The notes: generated by a model from the sequence alone, not told the origin. 64,000 bases of DNA from Candidatus Oxydemutator sp. (GCA_965203445.1 OZ241883.1:1760001-1824000); one strand, 5' to 3'; positions 26,601-31,144 are shown, numbered from the stretch's first letter. Made by a program: numbers and translations.

Positions 26601-26646
26601 CGTTCCGGTGTCCGCTTGCGACGTTTGCCTCCCGCCCTTGGAGTAG
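1..26646 (+). CDS. Giant (>8,880 aa, 5'-truncated by the window) multi-domain surface protein: LRR, Ig-like (He_PIG-type), GLUG beta-helix and Ca-binding/dockerin-like domains
   Basis: Single uninterrupted ORF open from base 1. It has 24-aa typical LRRs (LxxLPxGxFxGLxxLxxLxLxxN) preceded by VCxRTxxV...C caps and LPxGLxFxxxTRxLxGTP Ig-like motifs. Six DYDKDxDGLIEV-type motifs are each followed by VGGLVGxN (GLUG) repeats. The C-terminal domain carries LQGAY...DWVLIELR...HRNHL...GDVNRDG. Confidence 0.93.
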   Translation: MRMEGNGLRRLRPGIFSDLVRLERLYMSSNHLVTLESRVFSGLTSLRMLTLSDNWISDVGELFKNTSLSALTALDLSRNRLGGLGDGAFSGLRRLETLQLAGNQISTLDSGAFSGLDSLRTLTLSGNGLTRLPAEIFVGMELTGGLDLSGNPVDPFVLELRLEAWEEGVRARIKEGAPAAIKASWSASGGSSEMGQVEVAAGALASGVFGLERAHVEPAMIRLHDVQQLLPAASYRGIRISATGIVTLRWRGPRFVGGVEDQIYTVGVGTSSKLPAAVSGTRPLRYSLSGDSPLPSDLAFNPLTRVLSGTPTRVQGGVYRYTVEDAVGRRATTEIGIRVRGEVCARTRAVHEEIARRAGHSDCDYVKENDLARIETLIISDRGLSELQPGDFGGLSGLRSLRMEGNGLRGLEPEIFSDLVRLERLYMSSNHLVTLDSRVFSGLVSLRMLTLSGNWISDVGELFENTSLSALTALDVSRNRLSGLGNGAFSGLRRLETLQLAGNQISTLGSGAFSGLDSLRTLTLSGNGLTGLPAEIFSGMELTGGLDLSGNPMDPFVLELRLEAWEEGVRARIKEGVPAAIKAFWSASGGSSEMGQVEVAAGALASGVFGLERAHVEPAMIRLHDVQQLLPAASYRGIRISATGIVTLRWRGPRFVGGVEDQIYTVGAGTSSKLPAAVSGTRPLRYSLSGDSPLPSDLVFNPLTRVLSGTPTRVQGGVYRYTVEDAVGRRATTEIGIRVRGEVCARTRAVHEEIARRAGHSDCDYVKEDDLARIETLIISDRGLSELQLGDFEGLSGLRSLRMEGNGLRGLEPEIFSDLVRLERLYMSSNHLVTLDSRVFSGLVSLRMLTLSGNWISDVGELFENTSLSALTALDVSRNRLSGLGNGAFSGLRRLETLRLGGNRIRVLGNGVFSGLKDLDKLHLSGNQLNGLGNTFMNTSLSALRVLDLSGNQLEMLNAGVFSGVARLEELNLGDNKIYDLASGAFSGMRSLTKLLLQRNELGELPRDIFTGLELKHTLDLSGNSDGPFVLHASLELEEGGARVHIEEGAPVRIEVTWTSSEDASRTRVVSVSAGTTVSEVLRMVGTQSVTITLHAARLGRVFGRIEGLVVEATDSAVLSPRPPPPLPPMDAGICDRTRQVYEAIADKVGVDSCADVTTGHLVMIEALDIDGRGATEVRAGDFAGLSGLRRLYLGDNRLRSLPSGVLSELGNLEELHIDGNKLGDLPSGIFGGLGSLRELSLSGNELQRLEAGVFEGLNALGSLYLDNNELSGLQSDTFVGLSRLSSLRLHDNRLEGLPADIFQGLKLSNSLTLHGNGNDPVEFWVYPELSSEGDRARAHIAEGAFLGMLVDWESSGGYVDRGEVELSAGTSASELFGMARPTTVTVELSSVEIDGLPRMERTDDATGPYSGFRVATTDSRKVLRWNGPLLAREVKDQLYTEGVGIAPLELPSADGGDLPLEYSLSGELPEGLKFSTLTRTLTGTPTKVHRESSYVWRVADASGRVHQSGFKIKVQSEVCRRTLEVRDAIVDAFMGVRVCDYVKAEHLASITVLDISSQGIVRLKEGDFGGLSGLRRLHLGGNELNSLPSGVFSELVSLEELHIDGNKLGGLPSGIFEGLVGLRELSLSGNELSDLSTDTFVGLSRLSSLRLHDNRLGGLLHDNRLADLPEGIFLGLELTDSLTLHGNGNDYFKFQVRPELSSEGDRVRAHIAQGAFLGMLVNWESSGGYVDRGEAELSAGASASEWFGMARPTTVTVELLSVKIDGLPLSERTDDATGPYSGFEVTATGRENLRWNGPLLMREVGDQSYTEEVGIDPLELPSADGGDAPLAYSLSGELPEGLKFSTLTRTLTGTPTEVHRESNYVWKVADASGREDRREFTIKVRSEVCARTPQVRDAIMEALMGVIPVCDYVKAEHLASITVLDISSKRIARLEEGDFAGLSGLRRLHLGGNELNSLPSGVFSELVSLEELHLDGNELGGLPSGIFGGLVGLRELSLSGNELQELEAGVFGGLNALGSLYLDNNELSGLRSDTFVGLSRLSSLRLHDNRLAGLPEGIFLGLELTDSLTLHGNTSEPIVFLVSPGLSAEGDRARANIAQGAFLGMLVNWVSSGGYVDGGEVELSAGTSASESFGMARPTTVTVELLSVKVDGLPLSERTDDATGPYSGFRVATTGSASLRWNGPLLMREVEDQSYTQGMEIRPLELPSGVGGDVPLGYSLSGELPEGLKFSTLTRTLTGTPTEVHRESNYVWKVADASGREDRREFTIKVRSEVCARTPQVRDAIVEELTVLVPGTRVCDYVKAEHLASITVLDISSKRIAQLEEGDFAGLSGLRRLHLGGNELNSLPSGVFSELVSLEELHLDGNELGGLPSGIFGGLGSLRELSLSGNKLRGLEAGVFGGLNALGSLYLDNNELSGLRSDTFVGLSRLSSLRLHDNRLAGLPEGIFLGLELTDSLTLHGNTSEPIVFLVSPGLSAEGDRARANIAQGAFLGMLVNWASSGGYVDGGEVELSAGTSASESFGMARPTTVTVELLSVKIDGLPLSERTDDATGPYSGFRVATTRSVSLRWNGPLLAREVEDQSYMEGVEIRPLELPSADGGDVPLGYSLSGELPEGLKFSTLTRTLTGTPTEVQRESDYIWEVVDASGRRHGSAFTIKVRSEVCTRTPQVRDAIVEALTVLVPGTRVCDYVKAEQLALIAALDISSQSIVRLQQGDFAGLSSLQSLNLSGNQLTRIRLGIFAGLADLRELDLSSNEIGRLEEDAFSGLGNLRKLLLDNNRISGMASMVFADLSNMTTLSLRGNRLSSLPENVFVGLSLKDLLDLSSNPGSPLKLSVRVESSNNGRARARIREGAPLTIEVLWLSSGDSSVPGAAYIRDGTIASEVFGMPHPRESMTITLIDAKSADVVEQLDDAEGSYRGFRLATTGSVTLPCTDLWFDQAVSPQVFLRGVAVGDPGFRLPAARSCRPPLTYTLSPKLPMGLTFSSATRVISGIPSEVWPAATYTLTAMDADGDEATLQFSLVVKANDYDKDNDGLIEVVNLAQLNAIRWDLDGDGSSPTDASAYAEAFPGAAAGMGCPAVDGCVGYELGEDDASAVSLTFNTGDPSTRTDDEYYNGGAGWEPIGNASNSYSGVFQGNGHVISDLSIHRAGRFIGLFGRLGSAGRLVDVGLANVDVRGQFYVGSLVGYSRGTISNSSATGTVSGTDGGFSIGGLVGINDGAIDKSYAKGAVFANDGDGAIGGFAGGNLGTISESYATGVVSGGDGSVGGFVGSNRGMITDCHATGAVSGDESVGGFVGSNDRDHTIIGSYAAGAVIRSNFGGGFVGQNKGAISASYAVGAVTGNLAGGFVGYDEGIIGASYAVGAVTGNLAGGFVGYSKGTITAGYATGAVMGENLAGGFVGHNAGTLIANYVAGAVIGHRKGGFTGIDSGMVTDGYWDTDVSGLDRSADYGPDTGAIGKTIIALQTPTTYTGIYASWNVDVDGSTATGVGGRDDPWDFGDSTQYPVLQYGGLDVDLQRRLLPLTARLRVASVPARGDTYRAGETIRMRAAYGRDDVRVPADAVLRVVIGGRTVSATVVAVAGSTSATDFVYVVSEADEDVDGISVSSSSLLGSFYATGRGSTSGVSHGVLSAQSGHKVHGGDWVPTFGEETLSAQSYVVGERVTLTLPAATSGDGVLTYALSPAPPGGLRLSTSSRVLTGVPLDVTLTTTYTWTATDTDGDKAELSFTIAVRSGVCDRTPQVRDEIMEQAGVSDCALVTMEHLSSITTLNLMSQNISALKAGDFDDLVNLSYLGLMKNQLEVLPAGLFSELRSLGTLHLYWNRLTSLSTGTFVGLSNLVELNLEETHLSSIAAGTFSGLSRLESLDIGNNRLSELPAGLFSELRSLRKLLLYSNRLTSLSTGTFAGLSNLAELNVQGNRLSSIAAGTFSGLSSLKFLDMKHNPLPSIATGTFSGLSSLEVLKIGNTYRLSELPAGLFSDLTELQVLNLWHNRFTSLPSDTFAGLVNLSHLRINHNRLASLESGLFSGLKSLTSLRVNNNRLTKLPAGIFDGLNLTRVLHLYQNTSRPVVMEVYPELSGSGFRVRIDEGAPRAMRVNWALSGGVSSTGVAMIAAGARVSSVTQVSATPREVVITLSDPALAGVSEATDEDRPGSRYAGFRLSVASVPSVAIAGTLPMFYEGVPAQSYLRGEAISELQLPRARGGRAPLRYSLSPSTPEGLVFSTATLIISGTPMEVRSATTYTLTVVDADSKEATLRFSIAVADDYDKDGDGLIEVYSLSQLNAIRWDLDGNGSPTTNASAYAEAFPGATAGMGCPTAGGCIGYELGESSASAVSLTFNTGDPSTRTDDEYYNDGAGWEPIGGGVSNSYSGVFRGNGHVISDLFINRTNGYIGLFGYLGSAGKLEDVGLANVDVRGRQQVGSLVGYSGGTITASFAAGAVSGSERWDVGGLVGYNSGEIIASSATGAVNGRGNSVGGLVGYNSGEIIASSATGAVNGRGNSVGGLVGRNYGEISASSAMGAVSGTLHVGGLVGYNLREITTSFAMGVVSGTSYVGGLVGSNAGEISASYATGAVSGGWFYAGGLVGGNYGEISASSATGAVSGEWFVGGLVGGNYGEISASYATGVVSGTKYAGGLVGGNYGEISASYATGVVSGTKYAGGLVGRNYNSGEISASSATGAVSGTPDVGGLVGVNYGDITASYAMGAVNGEVFVGGLVGGNYGEGDITASYATGVVSGISYVGGLVGFNGEEITASYATGVVSGISYVGGLVGYNYGEGDITASYAMGAVSERRRDVGGLVGVNWVNYGDITASYWDTDASGLNSSAGGMGKTTIALQTPTTYTGIYASWNVNVDGSTATGVGGRDDPWHFGNSMQYPVLQYGGLDVDLQRRLLPLTARLRVVSVPAHGDTYRAGETIRMRASYGRDDVRVPADAVLRIAIGNSTVSATVVAVAGSTSATDFVYVVSEGDEDGDGISVSSNSLLGSFYTTGRGSTSGVSHGVLSAQPSHKVRGRPEVCGRTPQVRDEIMEQAGVSNCALVTMEHLSSITTLNLMSQSISTLKAGDFDDLVNLSYLGLMKNQLTVLPDGLFSELQSLRTLHLYWNRLTSLSTGTFAGLSNLVELNLEETHLSSIAAGTFSGLSRLESLDISNNRLLELPTGLFSELSNLVELNMRSNRLSSIAAGTFSSLSSLESLDIRSNRLSSIAAGTFSSLSSLESLDIRSNPLPSIATGTFSGLSSLEVLKIGNTHRLSELPAGLFSDLTELRVLNLWHNRFTSLPSDTFAGLVNLSRISLNHNRLASLESDLFSGLRSLTSMRLDNNRLTKLPAGIFDGLNMAGLHLSRNTSRPVMMEVYPELSGSGFRVRIDEGAPRAMRVNWALSGGMSSTGMAMIAAGARVSSVTQVSAAPREVVITLSGPVLAGVSEATDEDRLAGHYDGFRLSVASTPSVAIAGTSPMFYEGVPAQGYLRGEAISELQLPRARGGRAPLRYGLSPPMPEGLVFSTATLIISGTPMEVQSATTYTLTAVDADSKEATLQFSIAVTVNDYDKDNDGLIEVSNLAQLNAIRWDLDGDGSSPTDASAYTAAFPGATTGMGCPTAGGCIGYELGESSASAVSLTFNTGDPSTRTDDEYYNGGAGWEPIGSGASNSYSGVFRGNGHVISDLFINRSSDYVGLFGYLSSAGKLEDVGLANVGVRGRSIVGSMVGHSRGTISGSFATGTVIGRSIVGGFVGVNYSGISGDGTISGNGTISESYSMGSVRSMGGGSIGGLVGDNSGEITASYAMGAVRGSSVYAYRGVVGGLVGYNGGKITASYATGAVNGGVHSIMGGLVGYDPIMGGLVGYNSGDITASYATGVARESSGIYRDYRDIIGGLVGRNPPSGEITASYWDTDTSGLDGSAVGIGKTTIALQTPTTYIGIYADWNVNVDGSTATGVGGRDAPWDFGNSMQYPVLQYGGLDVDLQRRLLPLTARLRVVSVPAHGDTYRAGETIRMRASYGRDDVRVPADAVLRIAIGNSTVSATVVAAAGSTGATDFVYVVSEGDKDTDGISVSSNSLLGSFYATGRGSASGVSHGVLSAQPGHKVRGRPEVCGRTRQVRDEIMEQAGVSNCALVTMEHLSSITTLNLMSQSISALKDGDFDDLVNLSYLGLMKNQLEILPAGLFSELQSLGTLLLYWNRLTTLSTGTFVGLSNLTELNLRDNHLSSVAAAAFSDLSDLESLDISYNHLSELPEGLFAGLVHLRHLHMNNNRLTELPVGIFDGLNLETLHLYRNASRPVVMDMYPELSGSGFRVRIDEGAPRAIRVNWALSGSMSTGMAMIAAGARVSSVTQVSGAPREGVITLSDPVLAGVSEATDEDSLAGRYSGFRLSVALSAPSVTITGTSPMFYEEVPAQSYLWGEAISELRLPRARGGRAPLRYSLSPTMPADLSFSTATLIISGTPMEVQSATTYTLTAVDADSKEATLQFSIVVADDYDKDGDGLIEVYSLAQLNAIRWDLDGDGSSPTNVSAYAEAFPGAATGMGCPTAGGCIGYELGESSASAVSLTFNTGDLSTRTDDEYYNGGAGWEPIGGGAGISYALDQFWYYHGGSRLTRGVDPIDGGLGDSYSGVFRGNGHVISDLFINRSEGNDVGLFGHLSSEGQLEDVGLANVDIMGRSHAGSLVGYNRGTISGSFATGTVAGSWGNSIGGLVGSNVDGTIDKSYWVGSVADWGMVNPYSIGGLVGNNVRGTIGESYSMGSVGRVTYGHYIGGFAGRNYLGMISKSYSMSLVRADSRSVGGFVGGNIGGSISGSYATGSVIREGLRAGGPRRDSFYGGFVGNNYDGGMISASYATGAVRGAYQNVGGFVGYNNYGTIRSSYAVGAVSGNNNVGGFLGWGINEGIWDIDPYTRSFIWAPSTGITASYWDTDASGLNSSAGGIGKTTIALQTPTTYTGIYASWNADVDGSTATGVGGRDDPWDFGDSTQYPVLQYGGLDVDLQRRLLPLTARLRVASVPARGDTYRAGETIRMRASYGRDDVRAPADAVLRVVIGGNVVAATVVAAAGSTSATDFVYVVSERDEDTDGVSVSSNSLLGSFYATGRGSTSGVSHGVLSAQSGHKVRGRPEVCSRTRQVRDEIMEQAGVSDCALVTMEHLSSITTLNLMSQGIGALKTGDFDGLVNLSYLGLMKNQLTALPDGLFSDLSNLVELNMRGNRLSSIAAGTFSSLNSLESLDIRSNRLSSIAAGTFSSLSSLESLDIRSNPLPSIATGTFSGLSSLEVLKIGNTHRLSELPAGLFSDLTELRVLNLWHNRFTSLPSDTFAGLVNLSRISLNHNRLASLESDLFSGLRSLTSLRLDNNRLTKLPAGIFDGLNMAGLHLSRNTSRPLMMEVYPELSGSGFRVRIDEGAPRAMRVNWALSGGMSTGVSVIASGARVSSVTQVSAAPREVVITLSGPVLAGVSEATDEDRLAGHYDGFRLSVASTPSVTIAGTSPMFYEGVPAQSYPRGEAISELRLPRARGGRAPLRHSLSPSTPEGLVFSTATLIVSGTPAELQSATTYTLTAADADGKEATLQFSIAVTMNDYDKDNDGLIEVGNLAQLNAIRWDLDGDGSSPTNASAYAAAFPGATAGMGCPTADGCIGYELGESSASVVSLTFNTGDPSTRTDDEYYNGGAGWEPIGNGASNSYSGAFRGNGHVISNLFINRTSNYIGLFGYLSSAGKLEDVGLANVDVRGRQQVGSLVGYSGGTITASYATGVVSGTSYVGGLVGSNSGEIAVSYATGMVSGTGWHTGGLVGTNYSGVRSNDGGTITASSATGAVSGTYDVGGLVGSNGDGTITVSYATGAVRGRMWVGGLVGSSGLYGNGKIIASYATGVVSGRGSVGGLAGSNSGEITASYATGAVNGRGNSVGGLVGDNHGEIAASYATGAVSGTWNVGGLVGNNDGKITSSYAMGAVSGSGTYKYNVGGFVGLNGGRGTVTSSYATGAVSGTKYVGGFVGGNAGEITASYATGAVSGTLYVGGLVGYGYNSGEITASYATSVVSGTWIVGGLVGSSLGTITASYWDTDLSGLNSSAGGLGKTTIALQTPTTYTGIYADWNVDVDGSTATGVGGRDTPWDFGSPTQYPVLQYGGLDVDLQRRLLPLTARLRVVSVPSHGDTYRAGETIRVRASYGRDDVRAPASAVLRIVIGRRAVSARAVVVAGSTSATDFVYTVSTVDADTDGISVSPNSLLGSFYAAGRGRTSGVSHGVLSAQPGHKVRGVRRYSSLQLPPPTPSVTIARIESSVRTTIDHDQDNDGLIDVDTLSELNAIRWDLDGDGVADTTATAAAYAEAFPAAVAGMGCPASGCIGYELVAALDFDTDKDRVVEATDAGGAYWNAGAGWLPIGAFNAVFDGNGHTIANLYINRGTDETGLFGDNMGTIEGVGLVAAKVTGGVRTGALAGKNRGTIRASYVTGKVTGEGGLLGSAYGGAGGLVGSNEGGTIIASYALAEVGGIRIAAGGLVGRNNHEIIASYALGWARSTATLSSAGGLVGSDASALRSGRARVTSSYWDVETSRLSESGSGSSKTTAQLQTPTGYTGIYSTWNVDVDNADGGGYGYAGALASGGDDPWDFGTSSEYPVLKYDGFDVERQRRLLLPGVTVQARAYLQGAYDAAANAMKTTYLQYLPSGQPYGVSPWRHATTATVPHVSGDFGLSAVTSTVVDWVLIELRATPKGASASSATSSLAIGRQAALLLRDGVIAGMDARATTAVDALHGGFVHFPVAVNAAVEDIYVLIHHRNHLSVMSPLPAGSCEGADYCVDFTSAQSHQNGQRALSSDAYAMYAGDVNRDGVITTADGLRITAATPVVIGAAHYGAADAAGGYVIDLDLDFDGEVMQDDALFITNHGAVPVSACDVCLPPLE
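3400..8200 (+). repeat. Intragenic tandem module B, about 1110-1170-bp period (4 copies plus the start of a 5th)
   Basis: Cys-cap motifs recur at about 3400, 4555, 5665, 6823 and 7990. The shared segments ERTDDATGPYSGF and LPEGLKFSTLTRTLTGTPT also recur. Confidence 0.92.
13260..14445 (+). repeat. GLUG micro-repeat array, 78-87-bp (26-29 aa) units
   Basis: About 14 units of gtaggYggcctYgtggggNNCaatNNTggagagataaNcgccagctNcgcgaYgggcgYggtcaRcggg. Confidence 0.9.
23146..24120 (+). repeat. Second GLUG micro-repeat array of the same sequence family
   Basis: About 11 units sharing the 13260-14445 consensus, including an identical gtcaacgggagagggaatagtgtaggc unit. Confidence 0.88.
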
Positions 26647-26852
26647 CCCGTCAATCGTTTATTGTTGCAATACTGGAGCAGACCTCGTGGGCAGGTCATT
26701 GTGTATTTGACTTTGCATTCAGCCGTGTCTATTGATAATGGCTGCTATGGTGTTAACAGAGGGTAAAGGCTGAGCGCGCCTCGCTTGCGAGATTCGTTCA
26801 TAACGGCAAGGCGCTTATTACTAGTCTGGTTCGACTTCGGCAGACCTCCGGT

Positions 26853-27698
26853 TGACCTATCCCCCATAATCAGGGCCACGCCACGTGAGAGATTTTCCTA
26901 CAGAGTCTCTACCGCTGGAAGTCGAAGTATGGGGGAATGGATGTAAGCGAAGCGAGACGCTTGAGGCAGTTGGAGATAGAGAACGCCAAGCTGAAAGCAC
27001 CTGCTGGCGTAGACAACAAGGCGTTGCAGGAGTTGGTATCAAAAAAGTGGTGACGCCCGGGCGCGCGCCGCGGCAGCGCGGAGCACTTGGTGCGCCGCGA
27101 CGTGGCGGGCGTGCGTCGGGCGGCACGTCGCTTGATGGGCTTGGTGGGCTTGGTGGGATTGAACCGTTCGGTGGCGCAGTATCGGCGTCGCCGGCGAGGA
27201 GACGAGAAATTACGACGCCGCCTGATGGAGTTGGCGCGGAAGTATCCGCGCTACGGGTATCTGACGCTGCACGCGCTGCTGCGTGCCGAGGGGCTGATGG
27301 TGAACCGCAAGCGCACCTATCGCCTGTATTGCGAGCCAGGCATGCAGGTGCGCCGACAGCGGCGCAAGAAGCTGTCGCGCCCGCGCGTGGCGATGCCGGT
27401 GCCCGGCGTCGCGAACCAGCGCTGGTCTATGGACTTCGTATCGGATCAGTTGGTCTGCGGGCGCCGCTTTCGCATTCGGGGCGTCATAGACGACTACTCG
27501 CGCGAGTGCGTCGGTCAGATAGTGGACACTTCGATAGGTGGCGAGCGCGTGGTTCGTTTCCTGGATGTTCTTGGTCAGAAGCGCGCGCTGCCCGAGACGC
27601 TGGTGTGCGACAACGGCAGCAAGTTCACCAGCAAAGCGATGGGTCTATAGTCGAGAAGCAGCGGTGTGGAGTTGCATTTCATCCAACCCGGCAAGCCG
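26853..27698 (+). mobile_element. Degenerate IS3-family (IS407-like) insertion sequence remnant
   Basis: IRL-like tgacctatcccccataatcagggccac at 26853. There is an orfA fragment (GMDVSEARRLRQLEIENAKL), an A6G frameshift motif aaaaaag at 27041-27047, and orfB (27087-27650) with WSMDFVSD...IDDYSREC...CDNGSKF. A premature TAG lies at 27648-27650 and the sequence stops after IQPGKP. Confidence 0.88.
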
Positions 27699-27837
27699 GC
27701 ATGGGCGCTGGCAATACGCGGTGGTATCCGAGGCCTCGGAAATCAACGGCCTGCTGGAACGGCTGTAGTTGTTCCGCGGCGCGCCCGCAGGCCCGCCCGC
27801 AGCTGCGATCCGGCACAACTTTCCCGCGTCTCCGCCG

Positions 27838-27865
27838 CTTGAAAACTTCTTTGGCATCCGCATAT
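27838..27865 (+). promoter_or_regulatory. Sigma32 (RpoH) heat-shock promoter of clpB
   Basis: CTTGAAA-N13-CCGCATAT against the consensus CTTGAAA-N13-17-CCCCATNT, 24 bp upstream of the clpB ATG. Confidence 0.78.
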
Positions 27866-27889
27866 TCATAAGGATAGCCGGAGATTTCC

Positions 27890-30466
27890 ATGCGTGGTGA
27901 CAAACTGACCAATCGTTTTCAGGCGGCGCTTCAGGAAGCGCAGTCGGACGCGCTTGCGCGCGATCACCAGTTCATCGAACCGCTGCATCTGCTGAAGGCG
28001 ATGACGGATGAGCGCGACGGCACCGTGTTGCGGCTGTTGCAACTGTGCGGCGCGGATACCGCGGCCCTGGCGCAGCGCCTGGAACGCGAGATCGCGCGCC
28101 TGGCGCGGGTCGAGGGCGCACCCGGCGAGGTGCATTTGTCGAAGGAACTGGCGCGCCTGCTGAACGTTTGCGAGAAGCTTGCCGGCGAGCGCGGCGACGC
28201 CTACGTCGCGTCCGAACTGTTCCCGTTGGCGCTGGTCAAGAGCGACGACCGTGCCGGCGTGATTCTGCGCGAGGCCGGCGTCGCCGAGGCCGCGCTTGCG
28301 GCCGCGCTCGACAATCTGCGCGGCGGCGATGCGGTGACCGACGCCGGCGCCGAGGAGCAGCGCCAGGCGCTCGAGCGCTACACCGTGGACATGACCGCGC
28401 TGGCGGCGCGGGGCAAGCTCGATCCGGTCATCGGGCGCGACGACGAGATCCGGCGCGTGGTGCAGGTGCTGCAACGCCGGACCAAGAACAACCCGGTGTT
28501 GATCGGCGAGCCGGGCGTCGGCAAGACCGCGATTGCCGAGGGGCTTGCGCAGCGCATCGTCAACCGCGAGGTGCCGGAGGGACTGGCGCACAAACGCCTG
28601 TTGAATCTCGATATGGGGCTGCTGATCGCCGGCGCCAAGTACCGCGGCGAGTTCGAGGAGCGCCTGAAGGCGGTGCTGCACGAACTGAAGAAAGAAGCCG
28701 GGCGGGTCATCCTGTTCATAGACGAGATCCATACGATGGTCGGCGCCGGCAAGAGCGAGGGTTCGATGGACGCCGGCAACATGTTGAAGCCGGCGCTTGC
28801 GCGCGGCGAACTGCACTGCCTCGGCGCGACGACGCTGAACGAATATCGTCTCTACGTCGAGAAGGACGCGGCGCTCGAACGCCGCTTCCAGAAGGTGCTG
28901 ATCGAGCAGCCGGGCCTGGAGGACACCGTGGCCATCCTGCGCGGCCTGAAGGAACGCTACGAGGTCCACCACGGCGTCGAGATCACCGACCCGGCGATCA
29001 TCGCCGCGACCCGCTTGTCGCATCGCTACATCAGCGACCGCCAGCTGCCGGACAAGGCGATAGATCTGATTGACGAGGCGGCTTCGCGCATTCGCATGGA
29101 GATAGACTCGAAGCCGGAGAAGATGGATCGTCTCGAGCGCCGCCTGATCCAGCTGAAGATCGAGCGCGAGGCCTTGAAGAAGGAAAGCGACGAGGCGTCG
29201 CGCAAGCGTCTCGACGATCTCGACGCCGAGATCACAACGCTCGAGCGTGAATACGCCGACCTCGAGGAAATCTGGAAGGGCGAGAAGGCGGCGATGCAGT
29301 CGGCGACGCACACCAAGGAAGAACTCGAAAAGGCGCGCATCGAGTTCGAGGCGGCGCGCCGCGACGGCGACCTCGGGCGCATGTCCGAGTTGCAGTACGG
29401 GCGCATTCCCGAGCTCGAGAAACGCCTGGCCGAGGCGCCGTCCGCCGCCGACGAGGGCAACGCCAACGCCGGCCTGTTGCGCAGTCGCGTGACCGACAAT
29501 GAAGTCGCCGAGGTCGTATCGCGCTGGACCGGAATTCCGGTCAGCCGCATGTTGCAGGGCGAGAGGGAAAAACTGCTGGTCATGGAGCGCGAGATCGGGC
29601 GCCGCGTGATCTCGCAGCGCGAGGCGATACGCGCCGTGTCCGAGGCGATACGCCGCGCGCGCGCGGGCCTGGCCGACCCCGACCGCCCGAACGGATCCTT
29701 CCTGTTCCTGGGCCCTACCGGCGTCGGCAAGACCGAACTGTGCAAGGCGCTGGCGGCCTTTTTGTTCGACGGCGAGCAGGCCGTCGTGCGCGTCGACATG
29801 TCGGAGTTCATGGAGAAGCATTCGGTCGCGCGCCTGATCGGGGCGCCGCCGGGCTACGTCGGTTACGAGCAGGGCGGTTACCTGACCGAGGCCGTGCGGC
29901 GCAAGCCGTATTGCGTGATCCTGCTGGACGAGATCGAGAAGGCCCACCCGGAAGTGTTCAACGTGCTGTTGCAGGTGCTGGACGACGGGCGCCTGACCGA
30001 CGGCCACGGGCGCACCGTGGATTTCAGAAACACCGTCGTCGTGATGACCTCGAACCTGGGCAGCGACCTGATCCAGCGGATGGCCGGCGCCGGCTACGAC
30101 GAGATCAGGGCCGCGGTCATGGAGATCGTGCGCGGCCATTTTCGCCCCGAGTTCTTAAACCGCGTGGACGAGACGCTGGTGTTCCACGCGCTTACCGAGG
30201 AAGACATCGGGCGCATCTGTTCGATACAGATCGCGCGCCTCGCGCGGCGCGTCGAGGAGCACGGATTTGCGCTGCAAGTCGGCGACGAGGCCGCCGCGTG
30301 GCTCGCGCGCCTCGGCTACGATCCGGTGTACGGTGCAAGGCCGCTGAAGCGCGTGATACGCAACGAACTCGAGAACCCGCTGTCGGAGGGCATGTTGCGC
30401 GGTGATTTCGATCCGGGCCGGACGATCACGGCGCGCCTGCAAGGGGAGCGGCTGGCGTTGGCGTAG
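27890..30466 (+). CDS. clpB: ATP-dependent chaperone ClpB
   Basis: 858 aa with two AAA modules ([16 protein letters not shown]), [11 protein letters not shown], a coiled-coil M-domain and [13 protein letters not shown]. Confidence 0.98.
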   Translation: MRGDKLTNRFQAALQEAQSDALARDHQFIEPLHLLKAMTDERDGTVLRLLQLCGADTAALAQRLEREIARLARVEGAPGEVHLSKELARLLNVCEKLAGERGDAYVASELFPLALVKSDDRAGVILREAGVAEAALAAALDNLRGGDAVTDAGAEEQRQALERYTVDMTALAARGKLDPVIGRDDEIRRVVQVLQRRTKNNPVLIGEPGVGKTAIAEGLAQRIVNREVPEGLAHKRLLNLDMGLLIAGAKYRGEFEERLKAVLHELKKEAGRVILFIDEIHTMVGAGKSEGSMDAGNMLKPALARGELHCLGATTLNEYRLYVEKDAALERRFQKVLIEQPGLEDTVAILRGLKERYEVHHGVEITDPAIIAATRLSHRYISDRQLPDKAIDLIDEAASRIRMEIDSKPEKMDRLERRLIQLKIEREALKKESDEASRKRLDDLDAEITTLEREYADLEEIWKGEKAAMQSATHTKEELEKARIEFEAARRDGDLGRMSELQYGRIPELEKRLAEAPSAADEGNANAGLLRSRVTDNEVAEVVSRWTGIPVSRMLQGEREKLLVMEREIGRRVISQREAIRAVSEAIRRARAGLADPDRPNGSFLFLGPTGVGKTELCKALAAFLFDGEQAVVRVDMSEFMEKHSVARLIGAPPGYVGYEQGGYLTEAVRRKPYCVILLDEIEKAHPEVFNVLLQVLDDGRLTDGHGRTVDFRNTVVVMTSNLGSDLIQRMAGAGYDEIRAAVMEIVRGHFRPEFLNRVDETLVFHALTEEDIGRICSIQIARLARRVEEHGFALQVGDEAAAWLARLGYDPVYGARPLKRVIRNELENPLSEGMLRGDFDPGRTITARLQGERLALA

Positions 30467-30610
30467 GCGCGTTGCCTCGGGCTGGCGCCGCCGCTTGATT
30501 TTTTACCGGGTCCCCGCGGTCGCGGGGACGACCGGCCGCAGGGGCGGGCCGCGTCCCGCTGCCGCCCGCCAGACGAGTGCGCTTTCGCTCACGGCCCGCT
30601 CACGGCCCGC

Positions 30611-31144
30611 TTACGGCGTCGGTTGCAGGATGTTGTGGTAGGACATGAATACGACCTGCTCCGGCAACTGCGACAGGTTGCGCCACAACTTCGGCTGCGC
30701 GCGACGGCCCGCCGGCGTCGGCATATCGGCGATCATGCGTCCGACGGTGCTTTCGCTTGGACAGGGCAGGTAGTAGCGCTCGCAGAAATCGGCCAGCAGC
30801 GAGTGGATTCTGCTCCTGCCTAGATAGGGGTGGGTCGTTTTCAGGTGGTGGATATGGGCGACAACTTCCCGCGGCCACGGAAACTCCCGCCGCTTGCTCT
30901 TTGGCGTGGTTTTTTTCGGTGTCAATTCCTGGATGCGTCTGCCGGGCGGCTGCCGCAGTTTCGCCTTCCAGCGGTAGAGCGTGCGCTGGCTGACGTTGAA
31001 TTGCTCCTGGGTCGCGCGCAGTCCGTATTGCTGCCAGAAGTGCAGGATGTAGATGCGTCGCTGGGCGATCTCATCGCTATCCGGCCACTGGTAGGCGTAG
31101 ATAGTGGCCAAGTCGGGTATCAGGGATGCACTCGATTGTCTCAT
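30611..31144 (-). CDS. HTH protein resembling the N-terminal half of an IS481-like transposase; no DDE domain, probable remnant
   Basis: FNVSQRTLYRWK HTH, HPYLGRSRI and PSESTVGRMI second HTH. The ORF ends before any catalytic core. Confidence 0.6.
   Translation of the reverse strand: MRQSSASLIPDLATIYAYQWPDSDEIAQRRIYILHFWQQYGLRATQEQFNVSQRTLYRWKAKLRQPPGRRIQELTPKKTTPKSKRREFPWPREVVAHIHHLKTTHPYLGRSRIHSLLADFCERYYLPCPSESTVGRMIADMPTPAGRRAQPKLWRNLSQLPEQVVFMSYHNILQPTP

Noticed and set aside
27866-30139. 757-aa ORF antisense to clpB
   Set aside because: Typical high-GC antisense shadow of a conserved gene.
30467-30610. Rho-independent terminator after clpB
   Set aside because: GC-rich partial palindromes are present, but there is no convincing stem directly followed by a U-tract.
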